Assembly (NCBI GenBank): GCA_963815115.1
Contig: CAWFFN010000009.1
Span: 832,001 to 896,000, forward strand
Source: an uncultured delta proteobacterium
GTDB lineage: Bacteria > Desulfobacterota > Binatia > DP-6
Direction of reading: 5' to 3'
DNA: 64,000 nt
Under the pieces are notes generated by a model. It ran no database searches. It saw only the letters and a list, made by a program, of their open reading frames with translations, and was not told the origin of the DNA. Each line of letters opens with the position of its first letter. Position 1 is the first letter of the stretch. A program made the translations under genes and the position numbers. Shown here piece after piece: positions 9,929 through 19,792 of the stretch.

Positions 9929-11716
9929 ATGACGACGGCAGTGAAGAAGTCCGACGGCCTGGTCGAGATGAACTGGGATCCGGTCACCCGGATCGTGGGC
10001 AGCCTCGGCATCTACACCAAGATCGACTTCTCGAAGAAGATCGTCGCGGAGTGCCACAGCACGTCGTCGATCTTCCGCGGGTACAGTATCTTCATGAAGG
10101 GGAAGGACCCGCGCGATTCCCATTTCATCACGAGTCGCATCTGCGGGATCTGCGGTGACAACCACGCCACCTGCTCCTGCTACTGCCAGAACATGGCCTA
10201 CGGCGTGAAGCCGCCGCATCTCGGCGAATGGATCGTCAATCTCGGCGAAGCAGCCGAGTACATGTTCGATCACAACATCTTCCAGGAGAACCTGGTCGCG
10301 GTCGACTTCTGCGAGCGCATGGTGAAGGAGACCAATCCGGGCGTGCTCGAGAAGGCGAACAAGAGCGCCGCGCCCAACGCGGACAAGCACGGCTACAAGA
10401 CGATCGGCGACATCATGCGCGCGGCGAATCCGCTCGAGGGCGAGTTCTACCGCGAGGCGCTGCAGGTGAGTCGCTGGACCCGGGAGATGTTCTGCCTGAT
10501 GGAGGGCCGGCACGTCCATCCGTCGACGCTCTATCCCGGCGGGGTCGGCACGGTCGCGACGGTGCAGCTCTTCACGGACTACCTGACGCGCCTGATGCGC
10601 TACGTCGAGTTCCTGAAGCGCTGCGTGCCGATGCACGACGACCTGTTCGACTTCTTCTACGAGGCGCTGCCGGGATACGAGGAAGTCGGCCGGCGCCGGA
10701 TCCTGCTCGGCTGCTGGGGTTCGTTCCAGGATCCCGAGGCGTGCAACTTCAAGTACGGCGACATGACCGACTGGGGCCGGAAGATGTTCGTCACGCCCGG
10801 CATAGTGGTCGACGGCAAGCTGGTCACCAACGATCTCGTCAAGATCAACCTCGGAATCCGCATCCTCCTCGGTCACTCCTACTACGAGGACTGGGAGGAC
10901 CAGGAGATGTTCGTCACCAAGGATCCCCTCGGGAACCCGGTCGACCGCCGCCATCCGTGGAACCAGCACACGATCCCGCGCCCGCAGAAACGCGACTTCG
11001 ACGGTAAGTACAGCTGGGTGATGGCACCGCGGTGGTTCGACGGCAAGGATCACCTCGCTCTCGACACGGGCGGCGGCCCCATCGCCCGCCTGTGGTCGAC
11101 GGCACTCTCGGAGCTCGTCGGCAGCAAGGACCGGCCGACCAACGGCTACGTCCAGGCGACCGGCAAGAGCGTCGTGATCAACCTGCCGAAGAGCGCGACC
11201 CGGGGGCCGGTCACGTTCGAGTGGAAGGTCCCGAAGTGGTCGAACACGATCGAGCGCGACCGCGCCCGCACCTACTTCCAGGCCTATTCCTGTGCCTGCG
11301 CGCTCTACTTCATCGAGCAGGCGCTCAAGGAGGTGCGTGCCGGGCACACCAAGACCTGGGAGCCCTTCAAGGTGCCGAGCGATGCCATCGGCTGCGGGTT
11401 CACCGAGGCGGTGCGCGGCGTCCTCTCGCACCACATGGTGATCCGGGGCGGCAAGATCGCCAACTATCACCCGTACCCGCCCACGCCGTGGAACGGGAAT
11501 CCGCGCGACATCTACGGCACGCCCGGCCCGTACGAGGACGCGGTCCAGAACACGCCGATCTTCGAGGAGAACGCTCCCGACAAGTTCAAGGGCATCGACA
11601 TCATGCGCTCCGTGCGCAGCTTCGATCCCTGCCTGCCGTGCGGCGTGCACATGTTCCTCGGCCACGGACGGGTCCTCGAGCGAATCCACTCACCATCGGC
11701 GTTGAACAATGCGTAG
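9929..11716 (+). CDS. hhyL: Group 1h [NiFe]-hydrogenase large subunit, copy B
   Basis: RBS ggagga then ATG 9929; WDPVTRIVGSLG, TSRICGICGDNH, YHPYPPTPWN, SFDPCLPCGVH. Confidence 0.95.
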   Translation: MTTAVKKSDGLVEMNWDPVTRIVGSLGIYTKIDFSKKIVAECHSTSSIFRGYSIFMKGKDPRDSHFITSRICGICGDNHATCSCYCQNMAYGVKPPHLGEWIVNLGEAAEYMFDHNIFQENLVAVDFCERMVKETNPGVLEKANKSAAPNADKHGYKTIGDIMRAANPLEGEFYREALQVSRWTREMFCLMEGRHVHPSTLYPGGVGTVATVQLFTDYLTRLMRYVEFLKRCVPMHDDLFDFFYEALPGYEEVGRRRILLGCWGSFQDPEACNFKYGDMTDWGRKMFVTPGIVVDGKLVTNDLVKINLGIRILLGHSYYEDWEDQEMFVTKDPLGNPVDRRHPWNQHTIPRPQKRDFDGKYSWVMAPRWFDGKDHLALDTGGGPIARLWSTALSELVGSKDRPTNGYVQATGKSVVINLPKSATRGPVTFEWKVPKWSNTIERDRARTYFQAYSCACALYFIEQALKEVRAGHTKTWEPFKVPSDAIGCGFTEAVRGVLSHHMVIRGGKIANYHPYPPTPWNGNPRDIYGTPGPYEDAVQNTPIFEENAPDKFKGIDIMRSVRSFDPCLPCGVHMFLGHGRVLERIHSPSALNNA

Positions 11717-12647
11717 CGCCGATCAGATGGGTTCGAAGCGCGTACAGCCCGTGGTGGGAGTGGCACCCGTAGCCCCGCGGCGAAATCTTCGCGAGACCGG
11801 TGGTCGTATCGAGCGCCTTCTCGAGGAAGTGCGCTCGATGGCGAGCCCTCCCGCCTGGGGACGGGTCGAGGAGCTCCTGCGAGTCGTCCTCGATCTCTAC
11901 ACCGGCGGCTTCGAGCGCATCCTCGCCATCGTGGGAGAGGAGAGGGACGAGGAAGGCTCGACCGCCGCGCCGCTGCTCAGGCGACTCGCCGATGATCGGC
12001 TGGTGGCGAGCCTGCTCGTCCTGCACGGGCTTCACCCCGACGATCTGGCGAGCCGCGTCCAGAAGGCGCTCCTCCGCGTCCGTCCCTATCTCGGCTCGCA
12101 CGGCGGCGACGTCGAGATCGTCGAGGCCGACACGCACAGCGGCGTCGTGCGGCTGCGGATGAGGGGGAGCTGCGACGGATGTCCGTCGTCGGCCATCACC
12201 GTGAAGCTCGCGGTCGAGGGGGCGATCAGGGAGCTCGCCCCCGAGGTCTCGAGGATCGAGGTGGAGGGAGTCACCGACGGTGCCCAGGATCCGGCGCCCG
12301 CCGGCAACGGGCACGGGCCGCTCGATTCCCGCTGGGTGAGGCTGGAAGCCGGCGTTCCGTCGGAGCCCGAGCGGCTCGCGGTCCGTGACGTCGCCGGCAC
12401 CCGGCTCGTTCTCTGCCGCGTCGAGCAAGGGCTCTATGCCTATCGCGACGCCTGTCCCGGATGTGGCTCCGCGCTCGGGAAAGGGCGGCTCGTCGGCGCG
12501 GTGCTCACCTGTGCCACCTGCGAGCGCCCCTACGACGTGCGCCACGCCGGGCGATCGCTGGCGAGCGAGGACCTGCACCTCGCGCCGGTACCGCTGCTCG
12601 AGCGCGAGACGGGCGTCGAGGTCGCGCTCGGGGGGACGGCGGCGTGA
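11709..12647 (+). CDS. NifU-like plus Rieske-like Fe-S protein (HhyE-type hydrogenase accessory)
   Basis: LLVLHGLHP, RPYLGSHGGDVE, GSCDGCPSS NifU motif, C-terminal CPGC...CATC. Confidence 0.85.
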   Translation: MRSADQMGSKRVQPVVGVAPVAPRRNLRETGGRIERLLEEVRSMASPPAWGRVEELLRVVLDLYTGGFERILAIVGEERDEEGSTAAPLLRRLADDRLVASLLVLHGLHPDDLASRVQKALLRVRPYLGSHGGDVEIVEADTHSGVVRLRMRGSCDGCPSSAITVKLAVEGAIRELAPEVSRIEVEGVTDGAQDPAPAGNGHGPLDSRWVRLEAGVPSEPERLAVRDVAGTRLVLCRVEQGLYAYRDACPGCGSALGKGRLVGAVLTCATCERPYDVRHAGRSLASEDLHLAPVPLLERETGVEVALGGTAA

Positions 12648-13324
12648 GCGAGGACGACAGCGGCCCGGAAGAGCACGGGGCGGCAGCGGCGCCGGTCGGC
12701 GTCCTGCGCGGTTTGCTCGACAAGCAGCGCAAGGCCGTTCCCGGAGAACGGTGCGAGATGTGCGCGACGCCGATTCCGGACGAGCATGCGCACGTCGTGA
12801 ATGTCGAGAGCCGCAACCTCCTCTGCGCCTGCCGGGCCTGCTACCTCCTCTTCACCGGCGCGGGCGCCGCCCAGGGCAAGTTCCGCGCCGTACCGGACCG
12901 TTTTCTCTACGCCCCGTCGTTCGCGTTCGGCGAGGCACAGTGGGACGCGCTCCAGATCCCCGTTCGCATCGCGTTCTTCTTCTTCAATTCGTCCCTCGGC
13001 CGGGTCGTCGCGTTCTATCCGAGCCCTGCCGGCGCCACCGAGTCGCTGCTGCCGCTCGAGGCGTGGCAGGAGCTCGGGCAGTCGAACCCGCTGCTCGGGA
13101 CCCTCGCGCCCGACGTGGAGGCGCTGCTCGTCTACGGACGGCGGGACCGGGAAGGCTTCGATTGCTTCATCGTCCCGATCGACGCCTGCTACGAGCTCAC
13201 CGGCGTCGTCCGCCTGCGCTGGAAGGGATTCGACGGCGGAGAGGAGGGGTGGCGGGAGATCGAGGGCTTCTTCGACCGGCTCCGGGCGAGGAGCCGTGAG
13301 GTTCCGGACGAGCGGTCGCGATGA
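12644..13324 (+). CDS. DUF5947-family hydrogenase accessory protein
   Basis: GTG overlaps upstream stop; ERCEMC...H.H...CACRAC, FYPSPAGATES, PIDACYEL, WKGFDGG. Confidence 0.85.
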   Translation: MSEDDSGPEEHGAAAAPVGVLRGLLDKQRKAVPGERCEMCATPIPDEHAHVVNVESRNLLCACRACYLLFTGAGAAQGKFRAVPDRFLYAPSFAFGEAQWDALQIPVRIAFFFFNSSLGRVVAFYPSPAGATESLLPLEAWQELGQSNPLLGTLAPDVEALLVYGRRDREGFDCFIVPIDACYELTGVVRLRWKGFDGGEEGWREIEGFFDRLRARSREVPDERSR

Positions 13325-13962
13325 GCGAGCTCGCCTTCGCGATCCTCGGCGCCCGCCCCGAGCCGTACGCGGCGGTTCCCACGATGGTGTTCCGCCTGCG
13401 CGTGGATGCGAGCGGCGGCGAGACCATCCACACGCTCGCGCTGCGCTGCCAGATCCGGATCGAGCCGCAGCGCCGCCGCTACGCCGCGGACGAGGAGGCG
13501 TCGCTCGAGGAGCTGTTCGGCACCGCCGCGCGCTGGGGCGACACGCTGAAGCCGTTCCTCTGGACCCATGTCTCCACCATGGCGCCCGGCTTCACCGGGA
13601 AGGGAGAGGTCGACCTCGCGGTGCCCTGTACCTACGACTTCGAGGTCGCCGCCGCGAAGTACCTGCACTCCCTCGAGGACGGCGAGATCCCGCTGGTCTT
13701 CCTCTTCAGCGGCACCGTCTTCGCGAAGGGCGAGGAGGGCTTGCGGGTGACGCAGGTGCCGTGGGATCGTGAGGCGCGTTACCGTCTGCCCGTCGCGACC
13801 TGGCGCGAGCTCATGGACCGCTACTATCCGAACGCCGGATGGCTCCGGCTACGCCGGGACACCCTCGACGCGCTGCTGAGCCTGAAGGCGCGGCGCGCGC
13901 TGGCCACCTTCGACGAGGTCATCGATGCGCTCCTCGCCGAGGCTGGGGAGCACGCGGCGTGA
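13321..13962 (+). CDS. DUF6084-family hydrogenase accessory protein
   Basis: LRCQIRIEPQRRRY, LFG...RWG.TL, PCTYDFEVAAAKY, LFSGTVF, VPWDREA. Confidence 0.85.
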   Translation: MSELAFAILGARPEPYAAVPTMVFRLRVDASGGETIHTLALRCQIRIEPQRRRYAADEEASLEELFGTAARWGDTLKPFLWTHVSTMAPGFTGKGEVDLAVPCTYDFEVAAAKYLHSLEDGEIPLVFLFSGTVFAKGEEGLRVTQVPWDREARYRLPVATWRELMDRYYPNAGWLRLRRDTLDALLSLKARRALATFDEVIDALLAEAGEHAA

Positions 13963-15315
13963 CGTTCGAGCACGCCCGGAAGATCGCCGACGCGGTGCTG
14001 TACGAAGGCTACGTCCTCTACCCGTATCGCGCCTCGGCGCGAAAGAACCGGTTGCGCTGGCAGTTCGGCGTGCTCGCGCCACGTAGCTGGTCCGAGGCAG
14101 GCGGGGGCGAGGCCTGGTGGATGCAGACCGCCTGCCTGGTCGAGCCCCGCGCGGAAGCGCGCCTCACCGGCAGGATCCGCTTCCTCCACGTCCTCGCGCG
14201 CACCGTGGAAGAGCTCTCGGATCCCGGCAGCGAGACCTTCCGGCCCGTCGACTCGCTCGACGTCGGCGGACGTCTCTGGACTTCATGGGAGGAGGGCGTC
14301 GAGCGCGAGGTCGACTTCGACGAGGCCTTGCCGCTCGAGGGCAGCGGCGCCGAGCGGCTCGTCCGCTTCTCCTTCCCCGACGATCGCCGGGTGGAGTCCA
14401 TCCGCGACGAGCAGGACCGGCTCGCCGGCCGCCTCGTGCGGACGCAGCGTCCGATCGCGGGCGCGATCCGCGTGTCGGTCGACCGCGTGGCGGGATCACG
14501 CCCGCTCCTCGCGGTGCGCGTCCGGGTCGAGAACCTCACCCCGATCGACACGCCGGGAGCGCCGCGGGAGCAGGCGCTCGGAGCGTTTCTCGTCGGGACC
14601 CACACGCTGCTCGCGGTCCAGGGCGGCGAGTTCGTGTCGTTGCTCGATCATGCGCCGTGGGCGGATGCCGCGGCCGCGGCGTGCGAGAACGTGCGGACGT
14701 GGCCCGTCCTCGTCGGGCCGGAGGGATCGCGCGACGTGATGCTCTCCTCGCCGATCATCCTGCAGGACCATCCCGAGATCGCGCCCGAGAGCGCGGGAGA
14801 TCTCTTCGACGCCACGGAGATCGACGAGATACTGACCTTGAGGACGATGACGCTCACGGAGGAGGAGAAGCGCGAAGCCCGCGCCACCGACCCGCGGGCG
14901 GCCGAGATCATCGATCGCGTCGAGACCATGCCCGCGGAGCTGCTCGAGCGCCTCCACGGCGCCGTCCGCTCGGTGCGCCCGGTGACCGCGCCGGCGGCGG
15001 AGACCGCCCCGTGGTGGGACCCCGGGGTCGACGCGTCGGTCTCGCCGGAGACGGACCGGATCGAGGTGGCGGGCGTCGCCGTGGCACGCGGAAGCCGCGT
15101 GCGGCTCTGTCCCGGCGCGCGGCGCTCGGACGCGCAGGACATGTTCCTCGCCGGCCGGGTGGCCCGGGTCGAGGGCGTCTTCCTCGACGTCGAGGACAAG
15201 CGCTATCTCGCGGTGACGCTCGAGGAGGATCCCGGCGGCCGAGCTGCACCAGTGGCACGGGCGATATCTGTACTTCGCCCCCGACGAGGTCGAGCCCCTG
15301 GAGTCGCGGCCATGA
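13959..15315 (+). CDS. Conserved group 1h cluster hypothetical protein, with a +1 frameshift near 15233
   Basis: ADAVLYEGYVLYPYR, SSPIILQDHPEIAPES.GDLFDATEIDEIL; expected tail DPAAELHQWHGRYLYFAPDEVEPL lies in the +1 frame and its TGA overlaps the next ATG. Confidence 0.8.
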
Positions 15316-15845
15316 GCCGCCGCGTCCTGGTGGCCGGGGTCGGGAACGTCTTCCTCGGGGACGACGGCTTCGGCGTCGAGGTCGCCAGGCGGCTGGCCGG
15401 GGACGCCTTCCCGCCGGGAGTCCAGGTGGCGGACTTCGGGATTCGCGGCGTCCACCTCGCCTACGAGCTGCTCCAGGGCTACGACACGCTGATCCTCGTC
15501 GATGCCGCTCCGCGCGGCGAGACGGCGGGGACGGTCTTCGTCCTCGAGCCCGACTTCGAGCATGCCGACAGCCTGGAGCGTGGCGCGAGCGGCTTCGTGC
15601 TCGATGCCCACGGCATGGATCCGGAGATGGTCCTCGGCATCCTCGCCGACCTGGGCGGCAAGCGGCCGCGGGTAGTGATAGTCGGTTGCGAGCCGGCGGA
15701 GGTGAGGGAGCACATGGGGTTGTCCGCGCCCGTTGCGCGCGCGGTCGACGACGCGGTACGGGTGGTGCGCGAGCTGGTCGAGCAGGAGTGCGGGCACGAG
15801 CCCGCCGGGCGTGAGACGACGAGCGAAACGGAGGTGGAAAAATGA
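15312..15845 (+). CDS. Hydrogenase maturation protease (HybD/HupD family)
   Basis: VLVAGVGNVFLGDDGFG, LILVDA, DAHGM, VGCEP. Confidence 0.9.
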   Translation: MSRRVLVAGVGNVFLGDDGFGVEVARRLAGDAFPPGVQVADFGIRGVHLAYELLQGYDTLILVDAAPRGETAGTVFVLEPDFEHADSLERGASGFVLDAHGMDPEMVLGILADLGGKRPRVVIVGCEPAEVREHMGLSAPVARAVDDAVRVVRELVEQECGHEPAGRETTSETEVEK

Positions 15846-15946
15846 TCGGTCGCATACTGGGCACGGCAATCTTCCTCGGCGTGGCGTACGTGGTGGTGAC
15901 GTCGCTTCCGGACGTCGCGCGGTACTTGAAGATCCGCGACATGTGA
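15842..15946 (+). CDS. 34-aa single-TM small protein (DUF6893-like) missing from the ORF track
   Basis: RBS ggagg and ATGA overlap; MIGRILGTAIFLGVAYVVVTSLPDVARYLKIRDM*; fills the gap exactly. Confidence 0.8.
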   Translation: MIGRILGTAIFLGVAYVVVTSLPDVARYLKIRDM

Positions 15947-16460
15947 ATGGCCCGATACCGCATCGTGCCGGAACGGTCGCGGATCGAGGCGGAGGCGCGC
16001 TCGAGCCTCCACCCGATCCGCGTCGAGACCGCCGGCCTCGAGGGCTACTTCGAGGCCGAGGTGGCCGGCGATCGCTTCGATCCATCGGTGGTGCCGAGCG
16101 GGCGCGTGGAGATCGACGCCGAGCGGTTGAAGACGGGCAACGGACTCTACGATCGCGAGCTCGAGCGCCGGCTCGAGACGCGGAAATACCCGCGTATCCG
16201 TGGCGAGGTCAGAGGGATGCGCGAGGTCGATTCCGGGCGCCGCTATGTCGTGCGCGGCGATCTCACCTTTCACGGGGTGACGCATCCCGTGGAGGGTGAA
16301 GTGGGGCTGCGGAGCCTGGACGAGCGGACCGTCGAGATCGAGGGCCAGCAGGTCATCGACATGCGGAACTTCGGGCTCGAGCCGCCGCGACTTCTGATGC
16401 TGAAGGTGGAGCCGGAGGTCCGGGTGCGCGGGTCGCGTGGTGGCCCAGCGCGAGGGGTGA
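15947..16460 (+). CDS. Cytoplasmic YceI-like lipid/polyisoprenoid-binding protein, with a +1 frameshift near 16431
   Basis: [43 protein letters not shown]; natural end RVVAQREG* in the +1 frame. Confidence 0.75.
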
Positions 16461-16465
16461 CGGCG

Positions 16466-16735
16466 ATGTGCCTCGGCATTCCCGGCGAGATCGTCGACGT
16501 CCGCCAGGACGACGGCCTCAGGGTCGGGCGCGTTCGCTTCGCGGGCATCACCCGGGACGTCTGCCTCGACTACGTGCCGGATGCCACGGTCGGGGAGTAC
16601 GTGCTCGTGCACGTCGGCTTCGCCATCTCGCGGATCGATCGCGAGGAGGCGGCGCGCGCCTACCGCGTGCTCGAGGAGATCGGGCAGACCGCGGAGCTGA
16701 CGGCGGACCGAGGGCCGCTGGACGAGCCGCCGTGA
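16466..16735 (+). CDS. hypC: Hydrogenase chaperone HypC (copy 1)
   Basis: MCLGIPG...[11 protein letters not shown]. Confidence 0.93.
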   Translation: MCLGIPGEIVDVRQDDGLRVGRVRFAGITRDVCLDYVPDATVGEYVLVHVGFAISRIDREEAARAYRVLEEIGQTAELTADRGPLDEPP

Positions 16736-17850
16736 GGTACCTCGACGAGTACCGCGACGGCGACCTCGCCGCCGCCCTGTCACGTGAGATCGCCGCCACC
16801 GCGACGCGCCCGTGGGTGCTGATGGAGGTGTGCGGGGGACAGACGCACTCGATCGTCCGCTACGGCATCGACCGGATGCTGCCGCCCACCGTCGAGCTCG
16901 TGCACGGACCGGGCTGCCCGGTCTGCGTCACCTCGCTGGAGATGATCGACCGCGCCCACGCGATCGCGAGCCGCCCGGAGGTCGTCTTCACGTCGTTCGG
17001 GGACATGCTGCGCGTGCCGGGGTCACGCGGCGACCTCCTCACGCTGAGAAGCCGCGGCGCCGACGTGCGAGTCGTGTACTCTCCCCTCGACGCGTTGCGC
17101 ATCGCACGGGAGAACCCGCAGCGCGAGGTCGTCTTCTTCGGCATCGGCTTCGAGACCACGGCGCCCGCCAACGCGATGGCGGTCCATCAGGCGAAGCGCC
17201 TGGGCGTGCGCAACTTCTCGATGCTCGTGTCGCACGTGCTGGTACCGCCGGCGATCGCCGCCATCCTCCAGACGTCCGGCAACCGGGTGCAGGGCTTTCT
17301 CGGGCCGGGCCACGTCTGCGCCGTGATGGGCTACCGGGAGTACGAGGCCCTGGCCGCCAGCTATCGCGTACCGATCGTGGTCACGGGATTCGAGCCGGTG
17401 GACCTGCTCGAGGGCGTTCTCATGACCGTGCGCCAGCTCGAGGAGGAGCGGGCGGAGGTGGAGAACCAGTACGTGCGTGCGGTGTCCCGCGAAGGAAACC
17501 GCGCCGCGCGGGACGTCATCTTCGAGGTCTTCGAGATCGCCGACCGCAAGTGGCGCGGGGTGGGGGCGATCCCGAAGTCCGGCTACCGCATCCGCTACGA
17601 GTACCGGGAGCACGACGCCGAGAAACGCTTCGACGTGGACGCCATCGAGACCGAGGAGTCCTCGCGCTGCATCAGCGGTCTCATCCTGCGCGGCCTGCGC
17701 AAGCCGTCGGACTGCCCCGCCTTCGGCCGGGACTGCAACCCGCAGCATCCCCTCGGCGCCACCATGGTGTCCGCCGAGGGCGCCTGCGCGGCGTACTACC
17801 AGTACGGTCGCTACCTCGAGTCGGCGCGCGCGGAGGCAACGCGACCGTGA
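16732..17850 (+). CDS. hypD: Hydrogenase formation protein HypD
   Basis: [37 protein letters not shown]; GTG overlaps hypC stop. Confidence 0.95.
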   Translation: MRYLDEYRDGDLAAALSREIAATATRPWVLMEVCGGQTHSIVRYGIDRMLPPTVELVHGPGCPVCVTSLEMIDRAHAIASRPEVVFTSFGDMLRVPGSRGDLLTLRSRGADVRVVYSPLDALRIARENPQREVVFFGIGFETTAPANAMAVHQAKRLGVRNFSMLVSHVLVPPAIAAILQTSGNRVQGFLGPGHVCAVMGYREYEALAASYRVPIVVTGFEPVDLLEGVLMTVRQLEEERAEVENQYVRAVSREGNRAARDVIFEVFEIADRKWRGVGAIPKSGYRIRYEYREHDAEKRFDVDAIETEESSRCISGLILRGLRKPSDCPAFGRDCNPQHPLGATMVSAEGACAAYYQYGRYLESARAEATRP

Positions 17851-18475
17851 GCGCGACGACACGCAGCGCAGCCCCGTCTCCATCACCGCCCGGGATGCAG
17901 GAGGCGATCCTCCGCAAGGCGCACGAGAGCGCCGGCACCACGGTCCGGTTCTTCGAGGAGAACGCCGAGGCGCTCGAGGGCTGCGCGCGGGCGCTCGCGG
18001 CCCGTCTGGAGGCGGCGGGCGCCTCTGGGTCATGGGCAACGGGGGCTCCGCCTGCGACGCGCAGCACCTCGCGGTCGAGTTCATGCACCCGATCATCGAG
18101 AAGCGCAGGGCGTTCGCCGCCCACGCGCTCACGGTGGACACCGCGACGCTCACGGCGATCGGCAACGACAGCGACTTCTCCCGCGTCTTCGCCGTGCAGC
18201 TCGAGCTGGTGGCGGGCCGGGGTGACGCGGCGCTCGGCATCTCGACCTCGGGCGCCTCGGCCAACGTGAGCCGGGCGCTCAAGCGCGCGCGGGAGCTCGG
18301 GCTGCTCACGATCGGCTTCGCCGGCCGCGACGGTGGGCGCCTGCCCGAGGTGTGCGACTGGTGCTTCACGGTCCGGTCGTGGTCGATCCACCGCATCCAG
18401 GAGGCCCACACGGCGCTCCTCCACGTGCTGTGGGACCTCGTGCACGTCGCGCTCGGGGAGGACGATGTCCTCTGA
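17847..18475 (+). CDS. SIS-domain phosphoheptose isomerase (GmhA-like), with a -1 frameshift near 18013
   Basis: N-terminus (RKAHES...FFEENA..L...A.AL) in one frame; [30 protein letters not shown] in another. Confidence 0.8.
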
Positions 18476-19520
18476 CGGGATGCCCTTCGCCGACTGCCCG
18501 CTTCCCGTCACGCGCGGCGAGGAGATCCTGCTCGCGCACGGGAGCGGCGGCAAGCTGACCGCGCAGCTGATCGAGCGGCTCTTCCTGCCCGCGTTTCGCA
18601 ATCCCCTGCTGGAGGCGCTCGACGATCAGGCCATCGTCGCCGTCAACGGCTCGCGGCTCGCCTTCACCACCGACTCCTACGTCGTCACGCCGATCTTCTT
18701 TCCCGGCGGCGACATCGGCGAGCTCGCGGTCAACGGGACGGTCAACGACCTGGCCGTGGGAGGCGCCGTCCCGCTCTGCCTCTCGCTGGCCTTCATCCTG
18801 GAGGAGGGGCTCCCGCTGGGGGACCTGCAGCGGGTGGTCGAGTCGGCCCGGCGCGCGGCCGAGGGGGCCGGCGTCCAGATCGTGACCGGCGACACCAAGG
18901 TCGTCGGGCGCGGCAGCGGCGACAAGATCTTCGTCAACACCTCGGGCATCGGCGTCGTGCGGCCGGGGGTCGATCTCTCCTCGCGCCACGTGCGCCCCGG
19001 GGACGCGATCCTGCTCTCGGGCGCGATCGGCGACCACGGGATCGCCATCCTCTCGACCCGCGAGGGGCTCGGCTTCGAGGGCGAGATCGCCAGCGACACG
19101 GCGGCGCTCCACGAGCTGGTCGCCACCATGCTGCGCGCCTGCCCTGGCATCCACGCCATGCGCGATCCGACGCGCGGCGGCCTGGCCGCGACGCTCATCG
19201 AGATCGCCGGTCGGCGGGGTCTCGGCATGGAGGTGGACGAGCGCGCGGTCCCGGTGCGCGACGTCGTGCGTGGCGCCTGCGAGATGCTCGGCCTCGACCC
19301 GCTGCTGGTCGCCAACGAGGGCAAGCTCGTGGCCTTCGCCGCCGAGGAGGACAGCGAGCGCATCCTCGCGGCGATGCGCGCGCACCCGCTCGGACGGGGC
19401 GCCGTCCGCATCGGTCGCGTGGTCGACGACCACCCCGGCCTGGTCCTGCTGCGCACGCCGATCGGGGGCGACCGGGTGCTGGACCTTCCCTTCGGCGAAG
19501 CGTTGCCGAGAATCTGCTGA
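18465..19520 (+). CDS. hypE: Hydrogenase carbamoyl dehydratase HypE
   Basis: LAHGSGG, FTTDSYVV, GTVNDLA, GDTKVV, RDPTRGG, C-terminal LPRIC. Confidence 0.95.
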   Translation: MSSDGMPFADCPLPVTRGEEILLAHGSGGKLTAQLIERLFLPAFRNPLLEALDDQAIVAVNGSRLAFTTDSYVVTPIFFPGGDIGELAVNGTVNDLAVGGAVPLCLSLAFILEEGLPLGDLQRVVESARRAAEGAGVQIVTGDTKVVGRGSGDKIFVNTSGIGVVRPGVDLSSRHVRPGDAILLSGAIGDHGIAILSTREGLGFEGEIASDTAALHELVATMLRACPGIHAMRDPTRGGLAATLIEIAGRRGLGMEVDERAVPVRDVVRGACEMLGLDPLLVANEGKLVAFAAEEDSERILAAMRAHPLGRGAVRIGRVVDDHPGLVLLRTPIGGDRVLDLPFGEALPRIC

Positions 19521-19534
19521 GGAGGGGCCGGACC

Positions 19535-19792
19535 GTGTGCCTCGGCATCGTCGGCCGCGTGACGGCGCTCTCGACCGCGCATCCCGACCTCGCCGAGGTG
19601 GACGTCGCGGGCGTCGTGCGCCCGATCAACGTCGGCCTGCTGGACGGGATCGGTCTGCAACCCGGCGACTGGATACTCATCCACGCCGGTTTTGCCATGG
19701 AGCGGATCGACCAGGAGACGGCGGAGCGCCATCTGGCCGCGCTGCGAGCGTACGTGGGAGAGCCCGAGGACGGTGACGAGGAGTTCGGATGA
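19535..19792 (+). CDS. hypC: Hydrogenase chaperone HypC (copy 2)
   Basis: MCLGIVG...GDWILIHAGFAM; RBS gaggagg. Confidence 0.9.
   Translation: MCLGIVGRVTALSTAHPDLAEVDVAGVVRPINVGLLDGIGLQPGDWILIHAGFAMERIDQETAERHLAALRAYVGEPEDGDEEFG

Noticed and set aside
3342-11716. Hydrogenase duplication as an assembly artefact or recent inverted repeat
   Set aside because: The copies differ throughout by many substitutions and indels and have distinct coupled neighbours
13839-16735. Apparent hypothetical-protease and YceI-HypC fusion proteins
   Set aside because: The expected C-termini and stops sit in the +1 frame, so single-base insertions explain them
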